This document shows, piece after piece, positions 1-11,558 of a stretch of DNA of 64,000 nucleotides (position 1 is the first letter of the stretch; each line of letters opens with the position of its first letter). Source of the stretch: an uncultured Gemmatimonadaceae bacterium (GTDB taxonomy: Bacteria > Gemmatimonadota > Gemmatimonadetes > Gemmatimonadales > Gemmatimonadaceae); the NCBI GenBank assembly GCA_963822945.1, contig CAWGJO010000012.1, forward strand, positions 64,001-128,000, written 5' to 3'. The translations under genes were made by a program, and so were the position numbers. The notes under the pieces were generated by a model. It was not told where the DNA came from and did not search any database. It was given only the letters and a program-made list of their open reading frames with translations.

Positions 1-2554
1 CGCCGCGCGTCACCAGCACGTGATCGCCCTCAGCGAACTTGCCCTCGAGCACCTCCATGGCCAGCGGGTTCTGCACCAGCCGCTGGATGGCGCGCTTCAG
101 CGGCCGCGCGCCGAACGCGGGATCGTAGCCTTCCTCGGCGATCAACTGCTTGGCCTCGTCGCTCACCTCGAGCGTCAGCTTCCGCTCGGCGAGCAACTGC
201 TCCAGACGGGCCAACTGCAGGTCGACGATGCGCACGATCTGCTCCCGGCCCAGCGGCCGGAAGACGACGATGTCGTCCACGCGGTTCAGGAATTCCGGCC
301 GGAAGTGCTGGCGCAGCGCCTGGGTCACCTGGCGCTCGGTCTCCGCCCAATCGCCGCCCGTGTGCTCCAGGATGTAGTGGCTGCCGATGTTCGAGGTCAT
401 GATGATCACGGTGTTGCGGAAATCCACCGTGCGGCCCTGCGAATCGGTGAGCCGCCCATCGTCGAGGATCTGCAGCAGAATGTTGAACACATCCTGGTGC
501 GCCTTCTCGATCTCGTCGAACAGCAGCACCGAGTACGGCCGGCGGCGCACCGCTTCGGTGAGCTGCCCGCCCTCCTCGTAGCCGATGTATCCCGGCGGCG
601 CGCCGATGAGCCGGGCCACGGCGTGCTTCTCCATGTATTCCGACATGTCGATGCGCACCATCGCGTGCTCGTCGTCGAACAGAAATTCGGCCAGGGCCCG
701 CGCCGTCTCGGTTTTGCCGACCCCGGTAGGTCCGAGGAAGATGAACGATCCGATGGGACGATTGGGATCCTGCAGCCCGGCGCGCGACCGCCGCACCGCG
801 TTGGCCACGGCCTGCACCGCCTCGTCCTGCCCGACCACACGCTCGGCCAGCTCCTGGTCGAGCTTGGTGAGCCGCTCGCGCTCGCTCTCCAGCATGCGCG
901 ACACCGGAATGCCGGTCCACCGCGCCACGACTTCGGCGATGTCGTCGGCGGTCACCTCCTCCTTGAGAAACTGCGGGCGTCCGCCGTGACTGGCGAGCTT
1001 CCGCTCGGCGTCCGCCATCTGACGTTCGAGTTCCGGAATGCGACCGTACGTCAACTCGGCGGCCTTGGCGAGGTCGCCGCTGCGCGAGGCCTGCTCGGCG
1101 GCGGTGCGCGTCTGCTCGATCTCCTGCTTGATCTTGCCGACGTTCCCCAGCGTCTGCTTCTCCTGCTGCCACTGAGCCTTCATGCCCGAACTCTTCTCCT
1201 TGAGTCCGGCCAGTTCGCGTTCGATCGCCTCCCGCCGCTCCACCGACGCGGGGTCCTTCTCCTTCTTCAGCGCCGTGCGCTCGATCTCGAGCTGCATCAT
1301 GCGGCGCTCGACCTCGTCGATCTCCTGCGGCATGGAATCGATCTCGATGCGCAGCCGCGACGCGGCCTCGTCGACGAGATCGATGGCCTTGTCGGGCAGG
1401 AAGCGATCGCCGATGTAGCGGTTGGACAACGTGGCGGCGGCAATGATCGCCCCGTCGGTGATGCGCACACCGTGGTGCGCCTCGTACCGCTCCTTGAGGC
1501 CGCGCAGGATCGCGATGGTATTCTCCACGCTCGGTTCGCCCACGTAGACGGGCTGGAAGCGCCGCTCCAGCGCCGCATCCTTCTCCACGTGCTGGCGATA
1601 CTCGTCGAGCGTCGTGGCGCCCACCACGTGCAGTTCACCGCGGGCGAGCATCGGCTTGAGCATGTTGCCGGCGTCCATCGCCCCTTCGGCCTTGCCGGCG
1701 CCCACGAGATTGTGCAGTTCGTCGATGAACACGACGAACTGGCCCTCGCCTTCGGTGAGTTCCTTGAGCACGGCCTTGAGCCGCTCCTCGAATTCGCCGC
1801 GGAACTTGGCGCCGGCGATGAGGGCGCCGAGGTCGAGTGCCAGGAGGCGCTTGTTCTTGAGGCTCTCCGGTACGTCGCCGTTCACGATGCGCTGGGCGAG
1901 CCCCTCGACGATGGCCGTCTTGCCCACGCCGGGCTCGCCGATGAGCACCGGGTTGTTCTTGGTGCGGCGCGACAGCACCTGGATGACGCGGCGGATCTCC
2001 TCGTCACGGCCGATCACGGGGTCGAGCTTGCCGCGGCGCGCGGCGTCGGTGAGGTCGCGCGTGTAGCGCTGCAACGCCTGGTACTGGTTCTCGGGGCTCT
2101 GGTCGGTCACGCGGTGCGTGCCGCGCACGGCCGCGAGGGCCTCGATGAGCGCGGCGTGCGTGGCGCCGGCGGCGTTGAGAATCCGCTTGCTCTCGGTGTT
2201 CTTGGCGTCGGACAGCGCCACCAGCAGGTGCTCCGTGGACACGTACTCGTCACCGAGCTTCTTCGCTTCGTCCTCCGCACGGTCGAACACGGCGCTCAGT
2301 TCGCGCGACACGTTGGGCTGCGCGTCGCTCTGCTTGGGCAGCCGGCCGAGTTCCTGGGCCACCTGCTCCCGGATCGACGTCACGTTCACGCCAAGCTTCT
2401 GGAGCACGGGCACCACGATTCCCTCGTCCTGCGCGAGCAGCGCCGAGAGCAGGTGCAGATCGTACACCACGGGATTGCCGGCGCGGCGCGCCTCGGAAAC
2501 GGCGTCGTTCAACGCGTCGGCGGATTTGACGGTCAGTCGGTCTGGATTGATCAT
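1..2554 (-). CDS. clpB: ATP-dependent chaperone ClpB (3' end runs off window)
   Basis: Manual minus-strand translation from ATG at 2554: [15 protein letters not shown]..., [15 protein letters not shown] (NBD1 Walker A), middle coiled coil, [11 protein letters not shown] and [23 protein letters not shown] (NBD2). The listed 20..2842 (+) ORF is its antisense shadow. Confidence 0.96.
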   Translation of the reverse strand, partial: MINPDRLTVKSADALNDAVSEARRAGNPVVYDLHLLSALLAQDEGIVVPVLQKLGVNVTSIREQVAQELGRLPKQSDAQPNVSRELSAVFDRAEDEAKKLGDEYVSTEHLLVALSDAKNTESKRILNAAGATHAALIEALAAVRGTHRVTDQSPENQYQALQRYTRDLTDAARRGKLDPVIGRDEEIRRVIQVLSRRTKNNPVLIGEPGVGKTAIVEGLAQRIVNGDVPESLKNKRLLALDLGALIAGAKFRGEFEERLKAVLKELTEGEGQFVVFIDELHNLVGAGKAEGAMDAGNMLKPMLARGELHVVGATTLDEYRQHVEKDAALERRFQPVYVGEPSVENTIAILRGLKERYEAHHGVRITDGAIIAAATLSNRYIGDRFLPDKAIDLVDEAASRLRIEIDSMPQEIDEVERRMMQLEIERTALKKEKDPASVERREAIERELAGLKEKSSGMKAQWQQEKQTLGNVGKIKQEIEQTRTAAEQASRSGDLAKAAELTYGRIPELERQMADAERKLASHGGRPQFLKEEVTADDIAEVVARWTGIPVSRMLESERERLTKLDQELAERVVGQDEAVQAVANAVRRSRAGLQDPNRPIGSFIFLGPTGVGKTETARALAEFLFDDEHAMVRIDMSEYMEKHAVARLIGAPPGYIGYEEGGQLTEAVRRRPYSVLLFDEIEKAHQDVFNILLQILDDGRLTDSQGRTVDFRNTVIIMTSNIGSHYILEHTGGDWAETERQVTQALRQHFRPEFLNRVDDIVVFRPLGREQIVRIVDLQLARLEQLLAERKLTLEVSDEAKQLIAEEGYDPAFGARPLKRAIQRLVQNPLAMEVLEGKFAEGDHVLVTRG

Positions 2555-2601
2555 GGCAGTCTCGGTTGGCACACCGGCATGGCGAGCCTCGATGCTCTTG
2601 T

Positions 2602-2617
2602 AGCAAACCCAATGCCC
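2602..2617 (-). promoter_or_regulatory. Putative sigma-54 (-24/-12) promoter for clpB
   Basis: Minus strand GGGCATTGGGTTTGCT = GG-N10-GC with TTGCT, resembling TGGCAC-N5-TTGCW, about 48 bp upstream of the clpB ATG. Confidence 0.45.
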
Positions 2618-2758
2618 CGCGAACCCGCCATACCGGCGGGATTCGCCGGCCGCCCTTGCGCCAGAGTCGCGGGGCCCTGCCGAGGGGGCGGACCGGCCCC
2701 GGCCGCGGCGGAAACGACGACGCCCCGCAGGCCTGGCCGGCCGGCGGATGACTCTGAG

Positions 2759-4615
2759 CTACCCTCCCACGGCCCGCCCGACCCAGACGCGAGCGTCGCC
2801 GTGCCGGCGGGTGAAGCCGGCGCGGTCGCAGTATTCCAGTAACGGGATCACGTACTTCCTGGAAAGCCCGAGGACCTCCCGGACCCCGGTCGGGGTCACT
2901 TCGATCTCGCCAGCGAAACGCCCCCCGAGTTCGCCGAGAACTTGGTTAAGGTTTGTTGTGCTATAGTACCTATTTGCATCAACTTGCACGATATCACCAC
3001 GAGCCGCCGCCACGCGCAGAAGATCGGCGGCCTGCGGGCCGAACTCTTCCGTGAGTTCGGAGACACCCGGAGGTTCCCAACCGGACGCCGAGAGGCGATC
3101 GAGCATCGTCGCCAGAATCTCCGCCTGCCGCGGCGTCAGCGCCGGAGTCCAACCGGCCCGACGCACCTCCGCCCCGTCCGTCATGATCGTTCCCTGCTCC
3201 ATGGCCTGGGCCACCAGCGCGTCGGCGAACTCCGGCGGCAGCCTCAGCCTGGCGCGCAGTTCCTGCCGCGACGCCCCGGACGCGAGCGGGTGGGCGGCAT
3301 GGAACTCGTCCACGAAGGCCAGCATCCGGTCCCGGGCGTCGTCCCAGACGGCGCGCGACAGCAGCCGGTCGCTTCCCGCAACGTCCACCGCGTCCGCTCC
3401 CGCCACGGCCCCCGCGATTTCACGGGCCGACGAGGCCACGCGGACCAGGAGTGACTGCTTCGGCATGCCGCGTACCCCCGCTTCGGCCAGCAGGCATGCC
3501 AGCCGTGCCGCCGGATCCAGCCCCAGCGCCGGGAACGGACGGCTCCGGCGACCGGCGTGCGGATCCGTGACCGTGCCGCCGCCGATCGTAGCCAATGGCG
3601 ACGGGAGCCGTAGCACGAACCGGTCGCCGGCCCGGGCCACCACGGGGGCATCGAGCACCACGCGCACCGGGCGCGCCTCGCCGGGCGCGAGCGCTCCGCC
3701 GCGACCCACCAACCGGGCGCCGACATCCGCCGTGCCCAGATGGAGGCGTACGGCGGTGCGCGGGCCCAGTACGGCGGGGGCATCGGGAAGCAGCTTCACG
3801 TCGGCCCGCAAGACGAGCGACGGTTCCCACGCGGGGTGCTGGACGAGCACGTCGCCCCGGTGGACCTCGTCCAGATCGGTGCCTCCGAGCGCGATGGCGG
3901 TGCGGTGGCCCGGAAGCGCACGGTCGGCGGTCGCGCCGTGCACCTGCACGCCGCGCACACGTGCGGCGCGTCCCGACGGGAGGATGCGGACCTCGGCATC
4001 CGGCAGCAATGAGCCCGACCAGGTGGTGCCCGTCACCACCGTTCCCGTGCCGCGGATGCTGAACACGCGATCCACGGGCAGCCGGAAGGGCTCTTCCGGA
4101 TCGCGTGCGGTGGTGGCGCGAAGTGCGCGGACGAGCGCCTCGCGCACCGCCGTAAGGGCCGCCTCATCGCCGGGCGACACCCGAACGATGGGCGCTCCGG
4201 CGAACGCGGTGGCGGCAACGAGCGTTCGCACGTCGTCCTCGACCAGCGCGATCCAGTCGCTCTCCACGAGATCGCACTTCGTGAGCGCGACGACGCCGCC
4301 CCGCACCCCCAGGAGTTCGAGAATCGCCAGATGCTCCGTGGTCTGCGGACGCACCCCGTCGTCGGCCGCGATGACCAGCAGTCCGACGTCGATGCCCGCG
4401 GCACCGGCGAGCATCGTCCGGACGAAGGCCTCGTGCCCCGGCACATCGACCACCCCCACCGTCCCGATGCCGTCGAGCTGCAGGGGCGCGAACCCGAGTT
4501 CGATCGTGATGCCTCGGCGCTTCTCTTCCGGCAGCCGGTCCGTATCGACGCCGGTCAGCGCCCGCACGAGCGTCGTCTTGCCGTGGTCGATGTGCCCCGC
4601 GGTTCCGATGATCAC
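2759..4615 (-). CDS. selB: Selenocysteine-specific elongation factor SelB
   Basis: GTG start gives [35 protein letters not shown]-terminal winged helix [16 protein letters not shown]. Start overlaps the recO stop (GTGA). Confidence 0.95.
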   Translation of the reverse strand: MIIGTAGHIDHGKTTLVRALTGVDTDRLPEEKRRGITIELGFAPLQLDGIGTVGVVDVPGHEAFVRTMLAGAAGIDVGLLVIAADDGVRPQTTEHLAILELLGVRGGVVALTKCDLVESDWIALVEDDVRTLVAATAFAGAPIVRVSPGDEAALTAVREALVRALRATTARDPEEPFRLPVDRVFSIRGTGTVVTGTTWSGSLLPDAEVRILPSGRAARVRGVQVHGATADRALPGHRTAIALGGTDLDEVHRGDVLVQHPAWEPSLVLRADVKLLPDAPAVLGPRTAVRLHLGTADVGARLVGRGGALAPGEARPVRVVLDAPVVARAGDRFVLRLPSPLATIGGGTVTDPHAGRRSRPFPALGLDPAARLACLLAEAGVRGMPKQSLLVRVASSAREIAGAVAGADAVDVAGSDRLLSRAVWDDARDRMLAFVDEFHAAHPLASGASRQELRARLRLPPEFADALVAQAMEQGTIMTDGAEVRRAGWTPALTPRQAEILATMLDRLSASGWEPPGVSELTEEFGPQAADLLRVAAARGDIVQVDANRYYSTTNLNQVLGELGGRFAGEIEVTPTGVREVLGLSRKYVIPLLEYCDRAGFTRRHGDARVWVGRAVGG

Positions 4616-5373
4616 GTGGGGCCCCAGTGCCCGCGTTCCCACAACTCGAACGCGCGCAGCGACCGTCCGTCCACGACGTGGTGCTGGAGAAACTCGCGCA
4701 GCAGGCGCTGGTGCGCGCGCGCGGCAGGCGCCTCGAGCGGCATATCGGCGCGGCCCGAGGTCCAGGCGCGCAACACCCGGCGGGCGTCGGCCGGCATGCG
4801 GCGTCCACCTGGAGCGAGCGCGGCGCACCGCGGGCACAGGATGCCGCCGGCGGGATGACTGAACACCGCGTCGGCTTCGTCGTCGATCGGTGAATGGCAT
4901 TCCGCGCATTCGGCGAGGGCCGGCGTGAACCCGAGCACCGCGATCACGCGCCAGGCGCCGGCCAGGGTGGCTTCGAGCGCGCGGGACGGCTCGGCCCCGA
5001 CGATACCGTCGAGCGCCCCCTCGATGGCGTCGAACAGCGCCGGATCGGCGTGCTCCGAGGAGAACTGGAGCACCAACTCCGCGATCGCCGACGCACCCGC
5101 GAATCGTCCCAGGTCCTGGGCCAGCGCGGGGCGCGACCCCGTGACGTCGAACCCCGTCATCGTGTCGAGGTCCCGCCCCGGCTTGGTGGACAACTGCACG
5201 GCGCCTTGCGCGAACAGGTCCAGCGCGCTGCCGAACCGGCGCTGCGACCGGCGCGCCCCCTTGGCGAGCGCCGAGCGCACTCCGCCCTCGCGCGTGGCGA
5301 GCCGGACGATGCGCGACGACTCGAGGTAGTCGAACGCGTGCAGGACGATGGCATCGCTCACCAGCAGGGGCAT
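4612..5373 (-). CDS. recO: DNA repair protein RecO
   Basis: [32 protein letters not shown]-terminus; CxxC (CAEC) and CPRC zinc ligands. Confidence 0.93.
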   Translation of the reverse strand: MPLLVSDAIVLHAFDYLESSRIVRLATREGGVRSALAKGARRSQRRFGSALDLFAQGAVQLSTKPGRDLDTMTGFDVTGSRPALAQDLGRFAGASAIAELVLQFSSEHADPALFDAIEGALDGIVGAEPSRALEATLAGAWRVIAVLGFTPALAECAECHSPIDDEADAVFSHPAGGILCPRCAALAPGGRRMPADARRVLRAWTSGRADMPLEAPAARAHQRLLREFLQHHVVDGRSLRAFELWERGHWGPT

Positions 5374-5409
5374 GCCGGAAAGATAATCCGGCATGTCCCC
5401 CGCCCGCCG

Positions 5410-7374
5410 TTACATGGTGGCCCGAAATCCGACGAGCACGGTTCGTCCGGGGGCCAGGAAGTTGAAGACGGACTGGTAGCGGATGCCGGTGGCGTTCTGG
5501 ACCCGTAGGGTGAGCACCGTCCCACGGCCGGACGGGCCCGTGGTGATCGGATACGTGCCACCGGCGTCGACGCGGAGGTAGCCGGGCATCGTCACGGGCA
5601 CGGCCGGGTACGTTCGGAAGTCCCGGTCCGCCCGACGGCCGACGTAGGTAAGCCGCAGGTCGACCCCGCCGTGGGAGCGCGACGTCGCGGCCAGCGCGGC
5701 GTTCCAACTCGTGGCCGGACGGCGAATCAGCTGCTGGCCCAGGTGGTACAGCCCGTTGCCGGTGGTGTCGAATCCGCTGGTGAGGACGCGCGTGTCGAGA
5801 TGGGTGAGTCCGAGGCTCGCGGAGAGAAACGGCGCCGGGGCCGCGGTGGCCTCGTATTCGATTCCGGCGGCGCGCGCCCGAGCCACGTTGCAGTAGCTGT
5901 AGCCGCATGCGGTGGTGCCGCCGGTGTAGTCGATCATGTCGCGGAACGTCTGCGAGAACACCGTCACGCCCACGGTGGCCCGCCCACCGAGCAGCGACTG
6001 CTCGGCGCCCGCCTCCCAACTCAGCGCATGCTCCGGCCGAAGGTCCGGATTGCCCGTGACGTATCCCGTGGAGAAGTTCTCGTAGAAGGTGGGGGCGCGG
6101 AACGCCGTCCCGACGCTCGCCCGCAACCGGGTACCCGCCCGGGTCACGTAGTTCACGCCCCCCCGGTAGGTCCCGAACGCCCCGAAGGCCTGATTGTCGT
6201 CGAGGCGCGCACCGGCGACGGCGGTGAACCGCGGCGCGCCGGTCCAGAGGGCCTGCACGTACGCGGCCTGATTCCGGCGCGACGCGCCGAACGTGGACGT
6301 ATAGGCATATCCGCTCGCCAGCCCCTGCGCCTGCGAATTCTGATCGGCGGCGGAGAGCGCCGCGCCGAGGGTGATCACGCCGCGACCCGCCGGATCGCGC
6401 AGGTCGAGACGCGCGTCCACCCCGCGGCGGCGCACGTTGTCGAGCGACAGGTACCGGTCGCCCCCGGTCGTATCCGGTTGGTCGGTCGTGCCGCCGGTGG
6501 TCTCATCCGACGACAGCAGCACGTGGAGCGACGCCACGGGCGACAACACGCGGCCGTAGCGGGCACCGAGCACTACTCGGTCCCCGGCGTTGAACGCGTT
6601 GTGGTCCACCACGTCGCCGGCGCTGTTGGTCGGGTAGTGATAGCGCGAGTCCGTGTACCGGACGGTGAGCGCGAACGTGTCCCGGGCATCGGGTACGAAG
6701 TCGGCCCGGCCGCTGACGACGCTCTCGGCGAACCGGTTGTTGAACGCGTAGATGCCGTCCGTCTGATGGCGGGCCACCGAGAGCGAATAGTCGGCGCTCG
6801 TGCCGTCTGGGCGTGCAAGCCCGCCGCGCAGCGCGGCAGACGCATCGCCGCTGTGGTAGGTGCCGCCCCGTGCTTCGACGCTCAGCCGCGACCGCGTGCC
6901 CCCCCCGCGCGTCACGATGGAGATGACGCCGGTCACCGCATCGGCTCCGTACAGCACGCTCGCCGGACCGCGCAGGATCTCGATGTGGTCCACGTTGTCG
7001 GTGGTGAGCGTGGAGAGATCGAGCGCGCCGCCGGGATCGTTCACGGGCACGCCGTCCACCAGCACCTTCACGTACTTGCTCTCGCCGCCGCGCAGGAAGA
7101 GCGAGGTGACGCCGCCCGCCGACCCGCTCTGCGTGACCATGGCGCTCGGCGTACCGGCGAGCGCGTCGGCAACGGTGACGATCCCCAGCGCGCGGAGCTG
7201 GGCGCCGGAGATCACGGTGACCGACGCGGGCACGTCCTGCTGTGAGATCGGGATCCGCGTGGCGGTGGTGACGACGGGAGCAACGCGTGCCGTGTCGCGC
7301 GCCTGCGCCGCGAGCGACGCAGGGGTGGCCAGCGCAACGACCAACGGCACGAGTGCCAGGGAGCATCGAGTCAT
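5410..7374 (-). CDS. btuB: TonB-dependent receptor, BtuB-like (cobalamin)
   Basis: Signal peptide, VVTTATR TonB-box region, plug motif IEILRGPASVLYGADAVTGVI, GNPDLRPE, PGRT C-terminus; lies downstream of a B12 riboswitch. Confidence 0.85.
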   Translation of the reverse strand: MTRCSLALVPLVVALATPASLAAQARDTARVAPVVTTATRIPISQQDVPASVTVISGAQLRALGIVTVADALAGTPSAMVTQSGSAGGVTSLFLRGGESKYVKVLVDGVPVNDPGGALDLSTLTTDNVDHIEILRGPASVLYGADAVTGVISIVTRGGGTRSRLSVEARGGTYHSGDASAALRGGLARPDGTSADYSLSVARHQTDGIYAFNNRFAESVVSGRADFVPDARDTFALTVRYTDSRYHYPTNSAGDVVDHNAFNAGDRVVLGARYGRVLSPVASLHVLLSSDETTGGTTDQPDTTGGDRYLSLDNVRRRGVDARLDLRDPAGRGVITLGAALSAADQNSQAQGLASGYAYTSTFGASRRNQAAYVQALWTGAPRFTAVAGARLDDNQAFGAFGTYRGGVNYVTRAGTRLRASVGTAFRAPTFYENFSTGYVTGNPDLRPEHALSWEAGAEQSLLGGRATVGVTVFSQTFRDMIDYTGGTTACGYSYCNVARARAAGIEYEATAAPAPFLSASLGLTHLDTRVLTSGFDTTGNGLYHLGQQLIRRPATSWNAALAATSRSHGGVDLRLTYVGRRADRDFRTYPAVPVTMPGYLRVDAGGTYPITTGPSGRGTVLTLRVQNATGIRYQSVFNFLAPGRTVLVGFRATM

Positions 7375-8192
7375 GGCTTCCGGGGTGGCAGGGTGGACGG
7401 TGGAGCCGTGCGCGCACGCGCGCGCAGCGGGACGAGCGCCGGTGCGCCCACGGCGGGATCGCGCGTGACGACGAGTGGCCACCCGTACACGCGCTCGAGC
7501 ACTTCGCCCCGCATGACGTCATCCGGCGTCCCGGATGCCGCTACGCGCCCGCCGTGCAGCAACACCAGTTGATCGGCAAATCGGGCCACCAGGTTCAACT
7601 GGTGACTCACCAGCAGCACGGCCATCCCATCGCGGGCCAGCTGCGCGAGCAGTTCGAACGCCTCCATTTCGTGCGCGACGTCGAGATACGTGGTCGGCTC
7701 GTCGAGCACCATGCCGTCCCCGCCCTGCACGAGCGCCCGCGCGATGCGTACGCGCTGCCACTCGCCGCCCGACAGGGTGTCCACGGTGCGGTCGAGCAAC
7801 GACGCGATGCCGGCCAGGGACACGGCGCGCGCCATCGCCTCCCGATCGGCGGCCATCGTGCCACGCCACGCGCCGCGGTGCGGGAAGCGTCCCAGCGCCA
7901 GGTAGTCGTGCACCGGCGTCGGGAACGCCAGGTCCTCGCGCTGCGTGACCACCGCCACGCGGCGCGCCACGTCGGTGCGCGAGAGCGTGCGCAGATCGGC
8001 GCCGTCGATCGAGATGCGTCCCGAGACGAGTGGTTGGCGACCCAGCAGCGCGCGCACCAGCGTGCTCTTGCCGCTGCCATTGGGCCCGACGATGGCGGTC
8101 ATGCGGCCCCGCAGGGCCGTGAAGCTCACGTCGTGCACGGCGTCCTGGGGCGCTCCCGCATAGCGGACGACGACGCGGTCGAAGTCGATCAC
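7371..8192 (-). CDS. btuD: ABC transporter ATP-binding protein (BtuD/FecE-like)
   Basis: GPNGSGKST Walker A, LSGGEWQR signature, LDEPT Walker B; 4-bp overlaps with both neighbours. Confidence 0.85.
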   Translation of the reverse strand: MIDFDRVVVRYAGAPQDAVHDVSFTALRGRMTAIVGPNGSGKSTLVRALLGRQPLVSGRISIDGADLRTLSRTDVARRVAVVTQREDLAFPTPVHDYLALGRFPHRGAWRGTMAADREAMARAVSLAGIASLLDRTVDTLSGGEWQRVRIARALVQGGDGMVLDEPTTYLDVAHEMEAFELLAQLARDGMAVLLVSHQLNLVARFADQLVLLHGGRVAASGTPDDVMRGEVLERVYGWPLVVTRDPAVGAPALVPLRARARTAPPSTLPPRKP

Positions 8193-9166
8193 CGGAGCCG
8201 CCGGAGCTGCAGGAGGAAGAATGGCACGCCGATGACGGCCGTGACGGCGCCGAGTGGAAGCTCCGCCGGCGGCAGCGCGGTGCGCGCGATGAGATCGGAT
8301 GCCACGACCAGGATCGCCCCGATGAGCGCGCTCCCGAGGATCACGCCGCGATGCGCACCCGCCCCCAGACGCCGCGCGATGTGCGGCACGACGAGCCCCA
8401 CGAACCCCACCAGACCGGCGGCGGCGACCGTGGCCGCGGCCACCAGCGAGGCGACGAGATAGACGCGGCGCGCGGCGCGATCGGCCTCGAGACCCAGCCC
8501 GGCCGCCGCGTCCTCGCCCAGCGACAGGATGTCGATCTGGCGCGCCCACGCGACGAGCAACCCGCCGCCGACGAGCACGTATCCCGCCAACCACGCCGCC
8601 TGGGTCCACGTGGCGCCGCCCACGGAACCCATCATCCACCACAGTGCTCCGCGCATGGTGCTGGGATCGCTGTTGGCGAGCAGCAGCATGATGGCGGCGT
8701 TGGCGAACGCCCCGACGATCACACCGGCCATGAGAAGGACCCGGGCATCGCCGCGGCCCGGCGACGCGTGGGCGACCAGGAACGCCACGGTCACCGCGAG
8801 GATGGCTCCGACGAATGCCGCCACCGGGACGAGCCCGACGGCCGCGCCGAGCGACACCGCGATCACCGCACCCACCGCCGCCCCACCCGACACGCCCAGC
8901 AGGTACGGCTCGGCGAGCGGATTGCGCATGACCCCTTGCAGCGAGGCTCCGCTCATCCCGAGGCCGGCTCCGAGCAGGATCGCGAGCACCACGCGCGGCA
9001 GCCGCAGCACTCGCACGATGGTCACCGCCGTCGCGTCGCCGCGACCGAACAGCGCATCGACCACCGCCCCCGGCGAGAGCCGGACGCTGCCCAATCCCAC
9101 GGCGAGGAGCGACAGACCGAGCAGGACGATCGCCGCGACGAGCCAGCGCCCCGACCGGCGGCTCAC
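8189..9166 (-). CDS. btuC: FecCD/BtuC family ABC permease
   Basis: LRLPRVVLA, RNPLAEPYLLGVSGGA, GFVGLVVPHIAR, ELPLGAVTA motifs. Confidence 0.88.
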   Translation of the reverse strand: MSRRSGRWLVAAIVLLGLSLLAVGLGSVRLSPGAVVDALFGRGDATAVTIVRVLRLPRVVLAILLGAGLGMSGASLQGVMRNPLAEPYLLGVSGGAAVGAVIAVSLGAAVGLVPVAAFVGAILAVTVAFLVAHASPGRGDARVLLMAGVIVGAFANAAIMLLLANSDPSTMRGALWWMMGSVGGATWTQAAWLAGYVLVGGGLLVAWARQIDILSLGEDAAAGLGLEADRAARRVYLVASLVAAATVAAAGLVGFVGLVVPHIARRLGAGAHRGVILGSALIGAILVVASDLIARTALPPAELPLGAVTAVIGVPFFLLQLRRLR

Positions 9167-10065
9167 GGCAGCACTCCGGGATGCAGCAGGCGGGCGAGGG
9201 ATACCGCGGCCTGCCCCAGCACCACCGACGGCCGGCCGACCACCGTGGTGTCGAACGCGAGCACGCGGCCCGTGCGAACGGCGCGCAGCGCCTGCCATCG
9301 GGGATCGGACAGCAATCGGGCACGCGTTTCGGGACTCGCGAGGACGACGTCCGGATCCCGCTTCACGACGTCCTCGAGACTCACGGTGGGCGACGGCGCC
9401 GCGATGTCGGCATACACGTTGCGGCCACCGGCAATGTCGATGAGTTCGTTCATGAAGCTGCCGCCGCCGATCGCGATCACCGGGCTCTCCCAGGTGGGCA
9501 TGAACACGGTGGGCCGCGGCAGACCCCGCGTGGCGGCACGCACGCGGGCGAGCGTGGCATCGACCGAGTCCACCACCGTCGCGGCACGGGCCGAATCGCC
9601 GAGCAGCGCTCCGATGTCGCGTGTGGCGCGGCGGAAGTCCTCGATGCGGTCGATGCGCAGCGCCGCCACCCGAATACCGGCGGCGCGCAGCCGCGCCGCC
9701 GCCGGCTGGTCGTCGGCGCTGGCGTAGAGCAGCACGAGATCGGGATGCGCGGCGAGCGTGGTCTCGACGTTGGGTCGCACGGCGGGCCCGAGGTCGGGCA
9801 CGCGCCGCGCCGAATCGGGCCAGCTATCCCACTGCGAGCGCCCGACCAGCCGCGCGCCGGCGCCGACGGCGAAGACGATCTCGGTGGTCGTGGGGTTGAG
9901 CGAGACCACCCGCTGCGGGGGCCGCGCCGGCAAGCGCAGGGTGTCGCCGAAATCGTCCACGTCGATCACGCGTCCGGGCGGCGCGACCCGATCGCGCGCC
10001 GGCGGTGCGCAGGCAACGAGCAGCAGGGCGAACGTGAACGATGGGGCGAAACGCAAAACGGACAT
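9163..10065 (-). CDS. btuF: Helical-backbone periplasmic binding lipoprotein (BtuF-like)
   Basis: Lipobox LLLVAC; RVVSLNPTTTEIVFAVGAG; PNVE..LAAHPDLVL. Confidence 0.85.
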   Translation of the reverse strand: MSVLRFAPSFTFALLLVACAPPARDRVAPPGRVIDVDDFGDTLRLPARPPQRVVSLNPTTTEIVFAVGAGARLVGRSQWDSWPDSARRVPDLGPAVRPNVETTLAAHPDLVLLYASADDQPAAARLRAAGIRVAALRIDRIEDFRRATRDIGALLGDSARAATVVDSVDATLARVRAATRGLPRPTVFMPTWESPVIAIGGGSFMNELIDIAGGRNVYADIAAPSPTVSLEDVVKRDPDVVLASPETRARLLSDPRWQALRAVRTGRVLAFDTTVVGRPSVVLGQAAVSLARLLHPGVLP

Positions 10066-10159
10066 CCCTGGTTCGAGGCAGGATGTCCGCAGAGCCGGTC
10101 AATCCGCGCAATGCGCGACCGGAACCGCCACGAGTCCTCCCCCGAGAACCGTTGATCGT

Positions 10160-10310
10160 GGCGCGAATGCCGGTCGTCTCCTGGCTCCGGGCCGCCGCAC
10201 CCGCCTTCCCGACTCGCGTCAGTGGCATACTGGGTGGACGTTTCGCCCGTTACAGTGGCGGGGCCGCACCGGCATTACACCGGTTTCCGTATCCCGCACT
10301 CGCGTGCTTC
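10160..10310 (-). ncRNA. Cobalamin (B12) riboswitch
   Basis: Minus strand contains GGAAACCGGTGTAATGCCGGTGCGGCCCCGCCACTGTAA ... GCCACTG ... GGGAAGGC ... GAGCCAGGAGAC (B12-box), directly upstream of btuF. Ends are approximate. Confidence 0.92.
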
Positions 10311-10326
10311 AATTGTCTCCGCGAAT

Positions 10327-11542
10327 CTACGGCGCCCGCTCCTCCTCGGCAAGCGCCCGCGCGATGCGCTCCTTGAGGGCGGCTCGTTCGGCCTCGTGTT
10401 GCGCCACCCGCTCCCCGACCGGATCGGACTCCCGCGCAAATGCTGCGTCGAGCTGCGCCAGCTGGAAGAGCAGCGATTCGGACGGCTTCGCGTTGACGAG
10501 GACCGGAGGCAACCGCCGGCCGGGTGGGGTCGGCGGCCACCCGCGGCACGCGGCGCCGGATGGCGAACGTGAGCGCCACCGCCATCAGAATCGCCATCGC
10601 GAAGGCGATGCCGGCAAAGAGGCGGGTCCGCGATCCGCCGCCGGCGGTGCCGGCTTCGATGCGGAGCACCGTGCCGTCGGGCACGTCCTGCGCCAGGTAC
10701 CGCTTGAACGTGCGTCCCTGCGTGGTGACCGACTGACGCTGGGCCAGGCCGGGCATGCTCGGCGTCGCCGACGATTCCTCGAGCATGACCTCGAGCACGC
10801 CCGCCCCACCCGTCATCGGCAGGGACAACGGGAACGCGGAGGCCGGCAGCGAGAATCCCACGGCGAGCTGCCGCATACCAGGGCTCACCGGCGCGAACAG
10901 CTGGACTTCGGTTCCCTTGAACGCGACGGCCCCGGGCGCGATGTCGCCGCCACTCACCGCCGGCGAGACGGCGGCGGCCGGCAGCTGCGTGGTCCAGAGC
11001 GGCGTGAGCGTGTCGCGGGCGGTGAGCGTCTTCGTGCCGTCATTGCCGAGGTCGAACACCTCGGCGACTTCGCGCATCCCCTTCGGGCTGGGGGCGCCGA
11101 TCACGATGTGCCGCCCGAGCACCTTGAGCGTGATACCATGGCTCGTGGTATCGAACACCATGATGTCGGCGTCGGGGCTGGTGACGGTGACCGCCTGGAG
11201 CGGCCCGGTGAAATAGGCAATGCCATGGTAGATCGCCGACGCGACGTACACGGCGTCGGGCGAACCCGAGGTCTTGTAGTTGAACCGGTAGGCGCCCCTG
11301 GCGTCGGTGAAGGTGGAGTCGATCGGGCCGGCGGTGTCCTGCCCCACACGGTGCAGGACAACGAGCTGGTGCGCCACCGGAACCGGCACGCTGTCGGCGC
11401 CGGGATGCTGGACGAGGCCGCTCACCGACCGGGGCTGGCCCAGCGGAACGGCGCCCGGCGTCTGGGCGTGCAGCGAGCCGGCGAGCAAGAGCAGGCCGGC
11501 GGCGCGCGCCAGTGGGCGGCCGATCAACGATCGCAGTGGCAT
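10327..11542 (-). CDS. Exported/membrane-anchored hypothetical protein, probably split by one frameshift near 10510-10530
   Basis: Signal peptide (MPLRSLIG..SLHAQ), beta-rich domain (TDARGAYRF), C-terminal TM helix. A coiled-coil tail (SESLLFQLAQLDAAF..ERAALKERIARAL) continues in another frame (ORF 10327..10512). Confidence 0.65.
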
Positions 11543-11558
11543 GGGTGGCGGATACCGC

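Noticed and set aside
2566..2592. CIRCE-like half site TTGGCACAC upstream of clpB
   Set aside because: The second half does not match GAGTGCTAA, so there is no inverted repeat.
20..2842. 940-aa plus-strand ORF and many other long antisense or alternative-frame ORFs (e.g. 46434..49496, 56163..59906)
   Set aside because: Shadow ORFs typical of high-GC DNA; they lie opposite clear conserved genes and have no motifs.
2759..6019. 1086-aa SelB with a long N-terminal extension
   Set aside because: The extension is an off-frame read of recO/btuB; the real start is GTG at 4615.
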